Notes: generated by a model from the letters alone, not told the origin. A stretch of DNA of 20,000 nt from Craspedostauros australis (GCA_030167865.1 JALAGF010002905.1:55376-75375), one strand, 5' to 3'; positions 1 to 11,456 are shown, counted from the stretch's first letter. Numbers and translations: made by a program.

Positions 1-121
1 AAACTCTGGGTACGAAGAGATCATGAAGTGGTATGGTTAGAGTGCTTCTGGTTTGGCAGGGAACAAGAGCGATCGGAAGAAGTCGTGTTGCGCAGAACGG
101 ATCGCTCTGTTCGACTCAACT

Positions 122-1828
122 CTAGCAACAGTTGCTCTTCTCCTGCTGTGGAGCTGTGAGTGGGAACGCCTCGCGTTCTGGCTGCGGAGCGCTCTTTGGC
201 AGCTTCTTTGCGATCTCGACGAAGAGGGCCTTGACGTTGTTGGCGTTCTTGGCAGACGTCTCCAGATGAAGAATGCCATTCTCATTGGCGTATGCGTTGG
301 CCTCCGCAAAATCGACCTTGCGTCGTGCCTCCAGATCGGCCTTGTTTCCTGCAAGGGCGATGACAACGTTTGGATCCCCGCGTCTTTGCAATTCCTTCAC
401 CCATGACTTGGCACCGGCGAACGAATCTAGGTTTGTGATGTCGTACACAACAATTGCGGCGGACGCTCCACGGTAGTACATGGGTGCGAGAGATCTGTAT
501 CGCTCTTGTCCCGCAGTATCCTGTTGTGGACGTCAACGCAGGCACATTCGTGAAGAGGGGACAAATAGAAGACACGGAGAGGGTTGGAAGGAGTTAGAAG
601 GGTTGCAACAGAGGAGACGCAGCACGGTACGACACAACATGGCGTGATGGGGCAAGGGAGATCAAGGAATGTTGGCATGCGCTGTGGAGGTCGGAAAGTT
701 GGAATCGGCTGGTTTTCAATGCATATCCGTTCTGTGTTCGACGGAAGTCGCACCCGGATGTGACCTCTTCAAGTTTCCCGTGTCTGTCTCCGCGGAGAGG
801 AAAGACGTCAGCAACTATTCTGACTTGCTGGTTGTCACAAAGCGTCGTTTTGTCCCTGGTTGGATGCGGTGCAACCCATGGCGCAGCGAACTTACCCAGA
901 TTTCGAATTTTACGGTGGAGTCATCAAGTTGGACGGACTGTGTCAAGAAAGCAGCTGATGGTGGAAAGACGAAGGTTGTGTGTTGGTGATGGTGTCGTTG
1001 GTGACGTTCATGTCCCGTGCAAATGTACGAGCATTTTGTTGCGCATGCATTGTGATCGTCATGGTTGCAATTCATTGCGTTGAGTTGTCACAGAGCGTAG
1101 TGGTTGATGTTGTTGCGATGAAGAATAGAGCAGAGTAGAAGAGTATGGCGAAGTGTGTACCGCACAGTATGACGTTGATTGTGCACCAAGGTAGAGTAGA
1201 GTGCAGAAAACAGTCCGTCAAGGTGACCACGACAACGCCGAGAGACCGACACAAGGACGGGAGGAAAGGCGGGAAACCGAAGGAATTCGTCATTGCGTGG
1301 GGAAGTTTGGGTGAGACAGAAGGAAACAGAGCATCAAAAGGGGGCGTGAGCGTTGTAAATCTCCGACCGTTCGTTTGGACCGCAGGCAGCGATGATCGCG
1401 GCTGAAGCGAAGCAGACAGTAAACCACGCCGCTGGTGCTGGCACTTGATGCCTGTTGTCGGCTTCGTTTTTGTTCTCGATGTTGCTCCTCTTCGCCATTC
1501 GTGTTCCTTGTCGCCGTGAGCAGAACACACAGGACTGAAGCTGCGGAGCTGGTGCTCATTGCCATACACTCCGATAGTGTCAAAGGAAATTGGATGCACC
1601 AAGCAGGACGGGCATGATGGGCACAACGGCAATCAGGATGGGACCACCAGGATGACAAAGAGAACGACTCTTCGAAGCGCAGAGCGGACTGCTTCGCCAC
1701 TTACCGCCTATTGTTGGTTCTTGGAACTCGAAGAATTCATCTCGCACGAATCGAACCACCAGACAAGACTTTCCGACTGCTGTATCTCCCAGAAGGACGA
1801 GCTTGAAGTGATGAACGCCGCTTGTCAT
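122..1828 (-). CDS. RAB5: Rab5-family small GTPase, 193 aa; exons 1828-1705, 954-896, 520-122
   Basis: Spliced product [80 protein letters not shown]...GNKAD...ETSAK...KSNCC. It has the G1-G5 motifs, Rab5-typical IGAAFLTQ and [13 protein letters not shown], and a C-terminal CC prenylation site. GT-AG junctions keep frame (124+59+399=582 nt). Confidence 0.97.
521..895 (-). other. Rab5 intron 2 (375 nt, phase 0)
   Basis: Donor GTAAGT at 895, acceptor CAACAG ending 521 with a TTGAC branch-point-like motif just upstream. Splicing restores W|DTAGQE. Confidence 0.92.
955..1704 (-). other. Rab5 intron 1 (750 nt, phase 1)
   Basis: Donor GTAAGT at 1704 and acceptor CATCAG ending 955. Splicing restores G|CT (Ala) in TIGAAF. 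Confidence 0.9.
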
Positions 1829-2696
1829 TGTGATGCTTGATTTCTCTTGGTGCCTCAGCGTATGAATTGGTGTGTGTGTGATGTTGACGCTGTCGATGTG
1901 CTTTGGGTGCAAGGGCTATCGGAAAGACGGTTGCTCCTATTTCCTCGTGATGTGAGCTGTGCTGGATTTGCTGGCGTGTGTGTGCTTTTTTGTGCTCCCT
2001 CTGGCTCCTTGTTCTTGTTGTCGTGGTGGTGGTTAAGTTGCAGCACGCCAACTGTGCTACTCGCACAGAGTCTTAGCTGTTCGTGGGAAGCATCGTGAGA
2101 AGAGGGCTCTGCGTGTTGCCGCGTGTTCGCTGTCACGCGAGATCATGTTCGCAGCGTGTGTGTTTGTGTGTGCCGTGTTCCTGCGCGCGTGGGCGGGATT
2201 TGATACCAACCCACGACACCACCGTGTCACCACAAGACTCAGAACGCCGGTTGGAACTGTTCGTTGCGAATTTGTTCGAAGAGAGAAGAAAGAACGCAGA
2301 GGAGGCACATGAATCTTGTTACGTTCTGGAGCAGTCGATTGAGTCGATTTGAATTCGTTCGAGAACTCGTGATGTCACATGTCTCCATCCACGACTTCGC
2401 GATTCCTCTCGTCACATTTGACCGTTGACGAACAACGAAAGAGCAAGTCGGCGGGAGAGCGGAGAAGTTCCCACCACGCACACCACCCACACCAAATGTC
2501 CGCGACTATGACCACCGAGCGTCCCCCAACTCATTCATGTCACCATCTCGGCACCTCCCACTCTGTTGTCCACCATCTGCGTTCCGATCGTCAATCAACA
2601 ATTGTAGCGCAACCGGCAGCATCAACGCCAACACTGCCACTCGACTAATACTGTTACTCCACTGCTATCGCTGCTACCGCTGCTACCACTGCGACC
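1829..2696. promoter_or_regulatory. Divergent promoter and 5' UTR region between Rab5 and the Nudix gene
   Basis: Head-to-head gene arrangement. Strand asymmetry flips near 2350-2450 (GT-rich on the left, CA-rich on the right), as expected for CA-rich leaders on opposite strands. Confidence 0.55.
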
Positions 2697-3494
2697 ATGC
2701 TGCCATACCAACAGAGCCGGCGACTGAACGAGGCGAAGTACATCAAGAAGTACAAGCGGTCGTTGCAGCTCAACATCCTGCTCGCCGCCATCGTCATCAC
2801 CCTCATCTGGGACAAGTTCGTGCTACGAGGCAGCTTGGCAACCGCGGCCAACAACAGCAATGCCAATGCCAATGTCAATGCTAACACGCCCATGATACTG
2901 TCGATGGAAGACAGCAAGCTGAAGATCGACCAGCAGACCTGGCACGGCGGACATCCGCCGAAGACGCACAGCGGTTCGTGCTGGTGCTCCGACACGAACT
3001 ACTGCCTCTGCACGCCCAATTCTACAATCGACCTCATCGTCGCCACCGGCAAGCATCAGGAGTACGTGTGGCTCGTGCGACGGCAAGATACCAATCAGCT
3101 CGCAACGATGGGCGGATTCGTGGAACTGTCCGAAAATGCCGAGACGACGGTGCGCCGCGAACTGCAGGAGGAGATGGGCCTGACGCTGACCACGTCGTTG
3201 TCATTGCTGGGGGTCTTCTCCGATCCGCGGCGCGATGATCGTCGTCAGACCTCGTCGACCGTGTTCGTGGCGCAGATTGCCGAAGACGTGACGCCGCATG
3301 GTGGGGATGATGCCAAGGAGGCCGTGCGAATTCACCTCGATGAGATCGAGGATCATGATTACTTCTCCGACCATCTGACAATCCTCATGGACTACCGTGA
3401 CATGGTGCGCAAGTCGCAGGGCAAGGAACCCAGCGCAAGACGGAAACAAGGAATTGCATCAGACGTCGCCAGAACCTTGTGTCATTCGCTTTGA
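2697..3494 (+). CDS. Nudix hydrolase (ADP-ribose pyrophosphatase-like) with N-terminal signal anchor, 265 aa
   Basis: Nudix box GGFVELSENAETTVRRELQEEMGL, downstream SDPRRDDR and GGDDA motifs typical of ADPRase-like Nudix proteins, and a hydrophobic segment LNILLAAIVITLIW after basic KYIKKYKR. Strong C/G-ending codon bias. The start codon is less certain. Confidence 0.9.
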   Translation: MLPYQQSRRLNEAKYIKKYKRSLQLNILLAAIVITLIWDKFVLRGSLATAANNSNANANVNANTPMILSMEDSKLKIDQQTWHGGHPPKTHSGSCWCSDTNYCLCTPNSTIDLIVATGKHQEYVWLVRRQDTNQLATMGGFVELSENAETTVRRELQEEMGLTLTTSLSLLGVFSDPRRDDRRQTSSTVFVAQIAEDVTPHGGDDAKEAVRIHLDEIEDHDYFSDHLTILMDYRDMVRKSQGKEPSARRKQGIASDVARTLCHSL

Positions 3495-4267
3495 GCGCGA
3501 CCGCAACGATTATCACAGCAAGACAACCGAGGTGATCGTCACAGGTGGCCCCTTCCGGCGGTTGCAAGTTCGCTCGCTGAGATTGCATCCGGCCTGCCAT
3601 TGTGTTACATGCGCTTGTATTCACCATGCATACCGGTACGGATGATGGAGCATCCTGAACACTTGGATCTCAACCAATAGATCTCAAGCAGGGCGCCAGT
3701 ACTTTGAATCAGCGTTTCCTGACTGGTACAACACTGACCACAAGTAGGTACTCTGCCACATCGTCCCCATTGTATCATGAGATACGAGAGGAGCAGAGCA
3801 ATTGGCAGTGTACTCGTATTTGAGGATCTTGGTGAAGCGTCGCCTGAAGCAAGATGGAGCTGGGTGATAGAGGAAGGTGCGGTAAATAATAGACTATCTT
3901 CTGCAGTAAATGTATTTAATTGTACATTACCACGATACCCCATCAAGGATTCCAAGTTGAAGCAAAGCGAGACAGGGGCAGAGAATGCAGAAGGTGTCAC
4001 ATCCAACCAACCAGATCCAACAACCCGTTCGGCTGTCGAGACATCTCCGCCACCGACCAGTCTGCCCCCGCCACACTCGCACTCTGTTGGAGCCATCAAC
4101 CTTCACCAAGGCATCCCCTCCTTGAGTTCCACACAAGAGAGAGCCATCAAGCAACACGCACTCACTCACGCACAGCGTCTAGAGGACGAACACTTCGGAC
4201 TCACATACCCATTTCCAACCACATCCTCGATTGGTATAGTACATCACAAGTCGCGCTAGACTCCATC

Positions 4268-5701
4268 ATGGTTTCCTTCTTGGATGCTTCTTGGGTTCGC
4301 GAGCGCGTTATCGCAGTCGCGAGCTTGGCCGTCATGACAGCTATCGCGGCGCCATCAGCTGACGCATTCCAAACTCAGCACGCTGCAATCAACAGAAATA
4401 GACATGGGCACGTGGCCTTCGGTCATTCGAAACATTTCTCACAAGCACGTCCAAGTGCATCCATCGGCACAAGGCTGGGTCTCGTGACGGATTCTTCTAC
4501 AATGAAAGCGGTGTCGTCCACCACGGATGTTGCTCTCAATGTTCGCATGGATGGCGAGACTTCGGCTGCCGCAGCGCAATCTCTCGATTGGTCATTCTTG
4601 GACGCCGTGTACTTGATCACGTGCCCCAACGCCGATCCCAACAATGAGCGCGTCGAAAAGACGAAGGGGTTGCTGCAGGAAGTTGGCTTGCTGGATCGTC
4701 TGCAGGTCAAAGAATTCGACACCGACGACGAAAATAGAATACGCGGATGTTACACTTCGCATCTGTCCGTCCTGCGCGAGGCACAGAAGCAATTCGCATC
4801 GACGGACAGCACCAGGACGGCTGGCAACCCATTCGGTAATATATTGCAGTCCATATGGAAGACATCCGACAAGCGTGACACTGCTAGCGGCAACCCAACA
4901 TCCTCCGACAACAATTCTCAACGCAGCACTTCACCAGCCCGACGAATTCTGGTGTTGGAGGACAATGTGGCGCTCGCCAATTCCATGTCCAGCGGTGCCA
5001 TCGATGCCGTCAATCAATTCACTCTTGGGAGCAGCAGCAGCGGAGATGACGGCAGCGACGATAGCAATGGCAGCGATGACTGGGACATCATCCACCTCTC
5101 TTACATCCCGTACGTCCCAGACCTCACAGTCTCCAAATTGAAAAACAACAAGAATTTTGTCCGATTGACGACGGGCGGCTTGGGCTCGGCACTCGGTACA
5201 ACGGCGTACATCATCAACACCGACGCCATCAACCGCCTCATCGCAGAGGATGATGCCAACGGCTTCTTCGCGCCCATCCCCGACATCATGGCCAAGCTCT
5301 TCCCAACAACGCGCTATGCCACCAACCCCATCCTTTTCACCCGCGCGCCCAACACAAAGAGCCTGGTCAATCCACAGTTGGACGATCTGCGACAGCTGCT
5401 GTTCCAGCCCGTCGTCACGTCCTTCGTCCAGTCGCTCCTCATCCAAACAGGATTCACGACGAACACCATGCTGCAGGTCATCGTGGTGGCGCTGCTGGCA
5501 ACGACAGCCGCGAGCGCAACGTCGTCGTACCATGCCGTCATGTCCCTCATCAATACCGGTTCCTACGACGGGCCCATCGTCGTGGCGTTGCTCAGCTCGC
5601 TCTTCACCTTCTTTGCATTGGGGATCATCATCCAAGGGGCGTTGCTGGCACCCAAGCCTCCAGCTGATGCTGATGCTGATGTGGATGACACCAGCAATTG
5701 A
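4268..5701 (+). CDS. Glycosyltransferase family 25-like protein, probable plastid presequence, two C-terminal TM helices, 477 aa
   Basis: Motifs VYLI, RGCYTSH, ILVLEDN, DWDIIHL and GTTAYII occur in GT25 order. The first in-frame ATG is at 4268 (the track start at 3920 is TTG). It is followed by a hydrophobic signal ending ADA-F. Confidence 0.8.
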   Translation: MVSFLDASWVRERVIAVASLAVMTAIAAPSADAFQTQHAAINRNRHGHVAFGHSKHFSQARPSASIGTRLGLVTDSSTMKAVSSTTDVALNVRMDGETSAAAAQSLDWSFLDAVYLITCPNADPNNERVEKTKGLLQEVGLLDRLQVKEFDTDDENRIRGCYTSHLSVLREAQKQFASTDSTRTAGNPFGNILQSIWKTSDKRDTASGNPTSSDNNSQRSTSPARRILVLEDNVALANSMSSGAIDAVNQFTLGSSSSGDDGSDDSNGSDDWDIIHLSYIPYVPDLTVSKLKNNKNFVRLTTGGLGSALGTTAYIINTDAINRLIAEDDANGFFAPIPDIMAKLFPTTRYATNPILFTRAPNTKSLVNPQLDDLRQLLFQPVVTSFVQSLLIQTGFTTNTMLQVIVVALLATTAASATSSYHAVMSLINTGSYDGPIVVALLSSLFTFFALGIIIQGALLAPKPPADADADVDDTSN

Positions 5702-6670
5702 GGGAACAATGACACCAACAGCGCAGGCAATGAATGATGGTATTCGTATCTTTGCAGATTTTCTGCAAAGTGCATCACAGGAACAGGTAGCATGTCTGCA
5801 TCGGATTGCAAAGCAAGGTATGGTACGTGGAGTAGAATAATGGCGGCTGCTAGTGCTAGCAATCAGCCTACGAGCAACACGACAGTAGAAACGAAGTTAT
5901 GTATGGTACCAAGCATCGCCCCATCTTATCCTCCATCATGACGGAACTCATGGTGCGTCATACTACTCGTAGGCCCACCTAGCATGCATGTACGTATGGT
6001 CCGAGTAAGTGAGTCGTGAGCAGTTCTTGTGGAGGCCATACACGCACACACGAAGAGAAGATTGTCATTCTGGAGGATGTCTTGACCGCAGAGTTGTAAT
6101 TTCCCAACAGACGACAGACGATCAACACTTACTTCCGATCATTGATTGCGAGCTTGAAGTTGACTACTCTACTCTACCGTATCGTATTACTCTACTGATC
6201 TCAGTTGGCGATGCCGTCCACGCAATCATCCAACCAGCGATCAATCATCTGATGCTTTCAGCAGACAAGATGTTTCCATCCATCATCCTTTCCTTGTTCC
6301 GTTGTTCAAATTCCATTCTTTGCCTACCCGTTTCTTCCCATTTCTGTCCATTCCATTCCAATTCTTGTCTGCCTCAAGTGCGATAGCTGTGACACTTGTT
6401 ACTGCTGCTGTTCTTGTCGTTGTCGCTGTTACTGATGTTGCCGATGGATGGTTGATTTACCGGCTCTGCTGTTTGATCAGTAGTTTGGTTTCTTCCTTTT
6501 TCTTTTGGGTGTTTGTCTGTTTGTTTCCACTGTGTTGTTCAGTACTGTGCTTTGCTTTGCTGTGCCATGTTCGCTCATAGGCTCATCCATTTGCTATCCA
6601 TACTGTCATCTGTCCATCGATGCTGTCTGTTTTCTGTTCCCGAACGTACGTATACATGCGCAAGTGCTGT

Positions 6671-9600
6671 TTACCAGATGGCCCCATGGGCGTGACGTTG
6701 TGGCTGTGGTTGCTGCTGTGGTTGCTGGTGGTGCTTCATCGTGGGTTGTCCAATGGCACCGATTGCCGATGGATTGTTGGTACCGTTCCACTGCGCGCCT
6801 GGAAGACCGCCTCCGGGAGCGCGAATGCCCCCAGGAGCGCTTGGTTGGATTGGGTGCTGCAAGCCGTTCCAGCCACCGCCTCCGCCACCACCGTTTCCGG
6901 CCATAGTCCCACCTCCAATTGTACCGAACGCTGATCTGTTGCTGCCTCCACTGGTAATGTGGACTCCAGGCAAGAGGCTCTGCAACAAGGCGATGTCGCT
7001 CTTTCCGCTGCCGACGCCCAGCGCGGCAGACCCTGTCATGGGACTCGGCGTGCCAATCGTCACGCCGCCGATGAGACCATTGTTGCGTGATGGTACAATG
7101 GTCGATCCGTTCAAGGCTTGAACCGGGACGGACGTAGCGTTGAGCGCGGTCAGTGGAGATGGCTTCGGGTTGGGAGAGAAGCCAGCCCAGGAGTCAGTGC
7201 TGCCACGCAGGGAACCCGAACCGGTTGGAAGGTTGATGCCAAGCATGGAGGCCAACGCCGAGCTTCCAGACCCATTGTTCATCGGTGCACCTGCGAAGCC
7301 GTTGAAACCTCCAGGAGTTGGGGCGAGGTTGACGCCCCCGCTTCCGATCGCCTGCCCATTTGGCCAGAGGTACGCAGACGAAGGTGGCGGAAAAACTGGA
7401 TCGTTGCCAATCGGCACCCCGTTCCACTTGTCTTTGGCGCTGCCGCCTGCGGCTCCTATGGACGGAGGATTCACGTTGGATTTCAAAGTTCCAGTGAAGA
7501 CCTCGCCTCCGAGGCCGCCCAGGCCATCCTCGGGTTTCATGGGCGGGGGTGCCGTGATTGGGGCACCTTGTCTGGCATTCACACCGTTGGTTGCAGCCAT
7601 GGATGGAACAGAAACGCTGGTCGCTGCGATGACCGTGCCACCTATCAACGCCGGGGCGTTGTTTGCCGCTGGGGGCTTGACTTGGCGGGCGCCGTTGCTA
7701 TTGCTTTGAGCGATGCCGGCAGCAGCATTTGTAGTTAGATTTGCATTCGCGTTGGCGCTGCCGTTTGCACTGGCACTGCCATTGCTGCTATTCTTGCCGG
7801 CGCTGTTGGATGCGGCTTTGGCGACGGAAGCTGCTGCATTGCGGGCTGCGTCCTTCTTCTTGTGAGTGGATGTGCGTAGGGAGGCAAGCTTTGTGGTCGT
7901 TGCTGTGTCCTGCTCATTCGACTGTGCCTTCGTAGTGCTTTTCGCCGTCGACGTCCGTTTCAGCGGGGTGAGCTGTGTCAACGCCGAATGCGCGGACGGT
8001 GCACTCGCTCCAGCCGGTTTGCTGCTGTGGACGCCTGCAACGACGGATGCCACAGTGGCTCCTGGCGGTGGTACGAGGGTGTTGCTATTGGCTGGCTCTG
8101 GGGCACCGAGCGTAAGGCTTGCGGCAGACTTTCGAGACGCCACTGCCGGAGCTGCAGATGGGATCGCGGCGCTGCCGGTTGCAATCGACACCGCGGAGGC
8201 CACACTTGCATTGGCGCCTGTTGAGCTGGACCGAGCGAGTTTGGCGGACGCCACTGACGGTGTCATGGCTGCGTTTGACGCAGCGTGGCCACTGCCGGAG
8301 ATTGGCGGAAATGCGGCTCCCGACGTCGACGATCTTGCAACAGAAGCGCTCGATGGGGGCGGTGGAACAAGAGCGAGCTGAGGCTTGTGTGGCTCGTCGA
8401 AAGTCGGGGGCGGGAAGACGGGGGAAGAGCTTGCGCGTCCAGTTCCGGATGGGCCACCTCCACCGACCTTCTTGCGTGGAGTGGAGCCATTGCCGCTGAC
8501 GGATGCAAGCGCTTGCTTCATGATTTGCTGCTGACGTGCCAGCACATCTCGTCCGCTCGTGACATACCCTGCTTGAATTTCTTGCTTCGTAAATGTGTCT
8601 TCGATGTCGCCCATCTCGTGCAGGTATGTGCAGTCCGGGTTGTTGCAGCGCACATTTTTGATGAAGGCAGAGCAGTACTTGGACGTGCCGTAGGAGGCAC
8701 GAATGTTGCGACCATCGATGTAAAACCCATCCAGGGCCAGGATGCAAGACAATGTATCCTCCTGTTCATACGCGTGGAGCAGGCACATGAATAAAATCGA
8801 CAGATCGTGGAAGAACACGACACATCGTATTGCGTTGTATTGTGTTCCGTGTTGTCGTGTGTACGAGTATTGTGATCGAGTGGGGGATGGACAATGCGAG
8901 TTGAGGGAATGAGGGTGAGTCATCGAGCAAGAGGAACATCGAATCGAACCGAGCCAATTGTGTCGATCAGGATGTCATGCACGTGCAAGATGTGCACTGA
9001 TCTGAGAGGCTCGCCAGCGTTAGCATGTGCTGCATGTTTCCGTGACATCATTCGCAGCAGCCAGCATGGGCAACGCCACCACCTGCCGATATGACAATCG
9101 ATGCGCGCCAGTCTCTCGGTTCTTCCCACTCCACTCTGTTTCCTTTCGAATGTACCTGACACGGCCTGTTTGACTGATCCTGACACAAACAGGGAAGAAG
9201 AAAACAAAACAAACCAAGACATGCATCATCTTCATTCACACCAGTTGGCTGTGTCGACGACCTTCCTGCATTCCAAGCAAGTTGCATGTACTTCGCATAC
9301 TGAATGAACGCACGCACCTTGTGGGCGAACGTGACGTAAGCCGAGGCGCTTGCGCGTCGTGTGTCACCGGTGGCTGTGGTTTGACTGCGATTGAGGACGA
9401 TCTTGGAAATGCGGCCGTATTGACCAAAGTAGTCCGGTCGGCGCAGCATGTCCTCGCTCGCGATGTTGGTTGCAAGTCCAACAGCGTATACCAGGTTTCT
9501 GCGTATGACTCTCATGTTTGCAAGCATCGATCGGTCTCTCGGGATCTCCATCTGCCCAGCCTTCCCATTCGACAGCGCTGCAATCGTCTCAGCATCGGTG

Positions 9601-10684
9601 CCATGCCCATTCTCTGAATGTCTCAGACGATCTCGTTCCCGTTTGGCCGCCGCATCTTTCTCCTTCTTTGCTTTGAGTACTTCGTCGACATCAACAGCGC
9701 TGAATGCGTGCGGGTCGTTGCCATACGGTGTCCGGCAGGCTGGGCACAACCCAGATTCCGACTCCTTTATGCGGTGCCAGCACCACATGCATACTTGGTA
9801 GCCACATTTGCAAGGGAAGAACTGTTGATCAGAGATATCCAGATCTTCGCAACAGATTGGGCATACGTGTTCGCTCTGTTATTGGCAGGGTTGATGTTCA
9901 TGTTCATGTTGATATCCACGCGAGCGCGCACACGATTGTGCATACGTACGATTGTGAAAGCGATTGTGAACGCAGGTGGGCGAGCGATGGCAACAGAGCA
10001 AGCAAGAAACCCCCATTCGACCATTTGTTGAGGAACGATAGTGGCAGCGGCAGCGGGATGGGTGGCGCCGTCAAGCGAGCGATACAGCAGAAGATGATTC
10101 ATGTTGAGCGTAGTCGACACGCAGTAATTGGAACGTAGGCCAGTGAGAAATATGTTCGCATGGTACGCATCGTGGTATGCATAGTGCCGTATGAAGTGTC
10201 ATCAGAGTGCGCCATGAGCTCTATGGGACATTGAGCACGCAATGAAGGAACAAGAGTGTGGCACAATGCTGCAGCGGAATCCAGTGTTGGCTCGAAGCGC
10301 AGCATCTGTGGCGTCATCTCGCTTCTTGCCCAAGCCATTCCATGGCACCGCATGCCTCCTCCCTTTCGTTTGCCTGTGGGCGTGCGATACATGCATTGTG
10401 CTGTTGCAAGAGCGCAATAGCATCAATCATTGCTGCCCAAGCGAGCACCATCGCCATCGCCAAGGGAGGTCGTGCCAAGACGACCACGAAAGGAAGAACC
10501 TCTGTTCTTGTTTGGCGCAAATCGTCTCCCGTCATTTTGACGTAGAAACCAGTACTTGGGCCACGTAGCCGCCACAAATTGAACCGAATTTCATCGTGGT
10601 CGTTGGTGCCAACATTGCATCACCCGAGGCAATCCGACAAGGACCGCCTGAATGCGCTATCAGGAGAGTACTCACATCGTCCAT
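6671..10684 (-). CDS. CNOT4: CCR4-NOT subunit 4 / NOT4 E3 ubiquitin ligase, about 885 aa; exons 10684-10676, 9875-9318, 8761-6671
   Basis: C4C4 RING (CPICCEDLDISDQQFFPCKCGYQVCMWCWHRIKESESGLCPACRTPY), LANMRVIRRNLVY-RRM (YFGQYGRISKI...SAYVTF), CCCH finger (YGTSKYCSAFIKNVRCNNPDCTYLHE), then a long low-complexity tail. Exon 1 (MDD) is inferred from ATGGACGAT|GTGAGT. Confidence 0.95.
8762..9317 (-). other. CNOT4 intron 2 (556 nt, phase 0)
   Basis: Donor AAG|GTGCGT at 9317 and acceptor GAACAG ending 8762. Splicing joins TFAHK|EDTLSCILALDG within the RRM. Confidence 0.88.
9876..10675 (-). other. CNOT4 intron 1 (800 nt, phase 0)
   Basis: Donor GTGAGT at 10675 and acceptor TAACAG ending 9876. An in-frame TAA lies just upstream of the RING exon, so an upstream exon is required. 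Confidence 0.72.
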
Positions 10685-11456
10685 GGTCGTGTCGGTTGCT
10701 GTGTCGGTGGCTTGGTGCGGGCAGTTTGTGATCTCCTTCGTCAGGGTTCTTGGTTGCCCTTGTTTGTTTGCTGTGTCTTCCAATTGTTTTGTGCCGTCCC
10801 AGCAGCATGCTGTGGTGCGTCGTGATGTGCTGCAGAAGGGTGTGCGTTTGGTGTCTCTTCTCTCTGTGCGCACATCGTGTCTTTGCGTTGCCTTGCTGTT
10901 TCTGCTGTTGTTGTTGTTGGCGCCAACGACTTCAAAAGAGACCGAAGACCAATAGCAAGCATGTTTGGGCATGTTTTTCTTGCCAACAACGCACACACAG
11001 CAGCTGCCTGCGCGATATTGGACCACTCCGACTCCAACAATCCACATCAATTTGAATTTTTTCGCAGAAAAGAAGCTCGTGGAGGGAAAATGAAAAGAGG
11101 CGGAACGACGCAGAACGGAAGAGAACTGGACGCAGTGATGATGGTTGGTGTCCCGCCACCGACACGACCTACTCGCGGTAGGAAAAACAGGACGACATGC
11201 TTGTGGCATGCAACTCCACCGTTGCCTTTCGATGGATGAATGTTTGCGTGATGTCTGGGGGGTTGTGAACTGGGGGCTTGGCTGTTGGTGGGAAAGTCGG
11301 GATCGACGAGCAACACAATAGCGAGTATCGTGCTCAGCCGTATTCTTGGGAATAACAGTTCGTCATCCATTCTCCACTCTTGACAACAATTACAATCACA
11401 AGTACGAGTCTCAAGTCTGTTCCGAGTCTTCCCCACCAACCGACAAGCGGAACGAC
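10685..11456. promoter_or_regulatory. Divergent promoter and 5' UTR region between CNOT4 and the 570-aa ORF
   Basis: Head-to-head arrangement. A CA-rich minus-strand leader spans about 10690-11050. Confidence 0.5.

Noticed and set aside
521..1704. Rab5 introns are exactly 750 and 375 nt, and 556 is near 3x187, hinting at nucleosome-unit lengths
   Set aside because: The 297- and 800-nt introns do not fit, the sample is five, and I see no sequence similarity between the introns.
2661..2696. 9-bp CTGCTACCR-like repeats before the Nudix ATG, and other short tri/hexanucleotide runs
   Set aside because: Ordinary slippage repeats; no spacers, so not CRISPR-like.
3920..4267. N-terminal extensions in the ORF track (also 14100-14423, 11346-11456, 8762-8923)
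   Set aside because: They start at non-ATG codons or lie in UTR/intron sequence. Downstream ATGs or splice sites give proper N-termini.
4931..5635. 234-aa minus ORF opposite the GT25-like gene, and similar overlapping ORFs across CNOT4
   Set aside because: Antisense or alternate-frame shadows of GC-rich coding sequence.
10188..10215. ATG-AHSDDTSY as an alternative CNOT4 first exon, or TGATGA as a snoRNA C box
   Set aside because: No suitable splice donor follows, and there is no matching D box or terminal stem.
11051..11065. TTTGAA next to TTTTCGC (CHR/E2F-like) in the CNOT4-orphan promoter
   Set aside because: Short motifs with non-canonical arrangement; chance occurrence is plausible.
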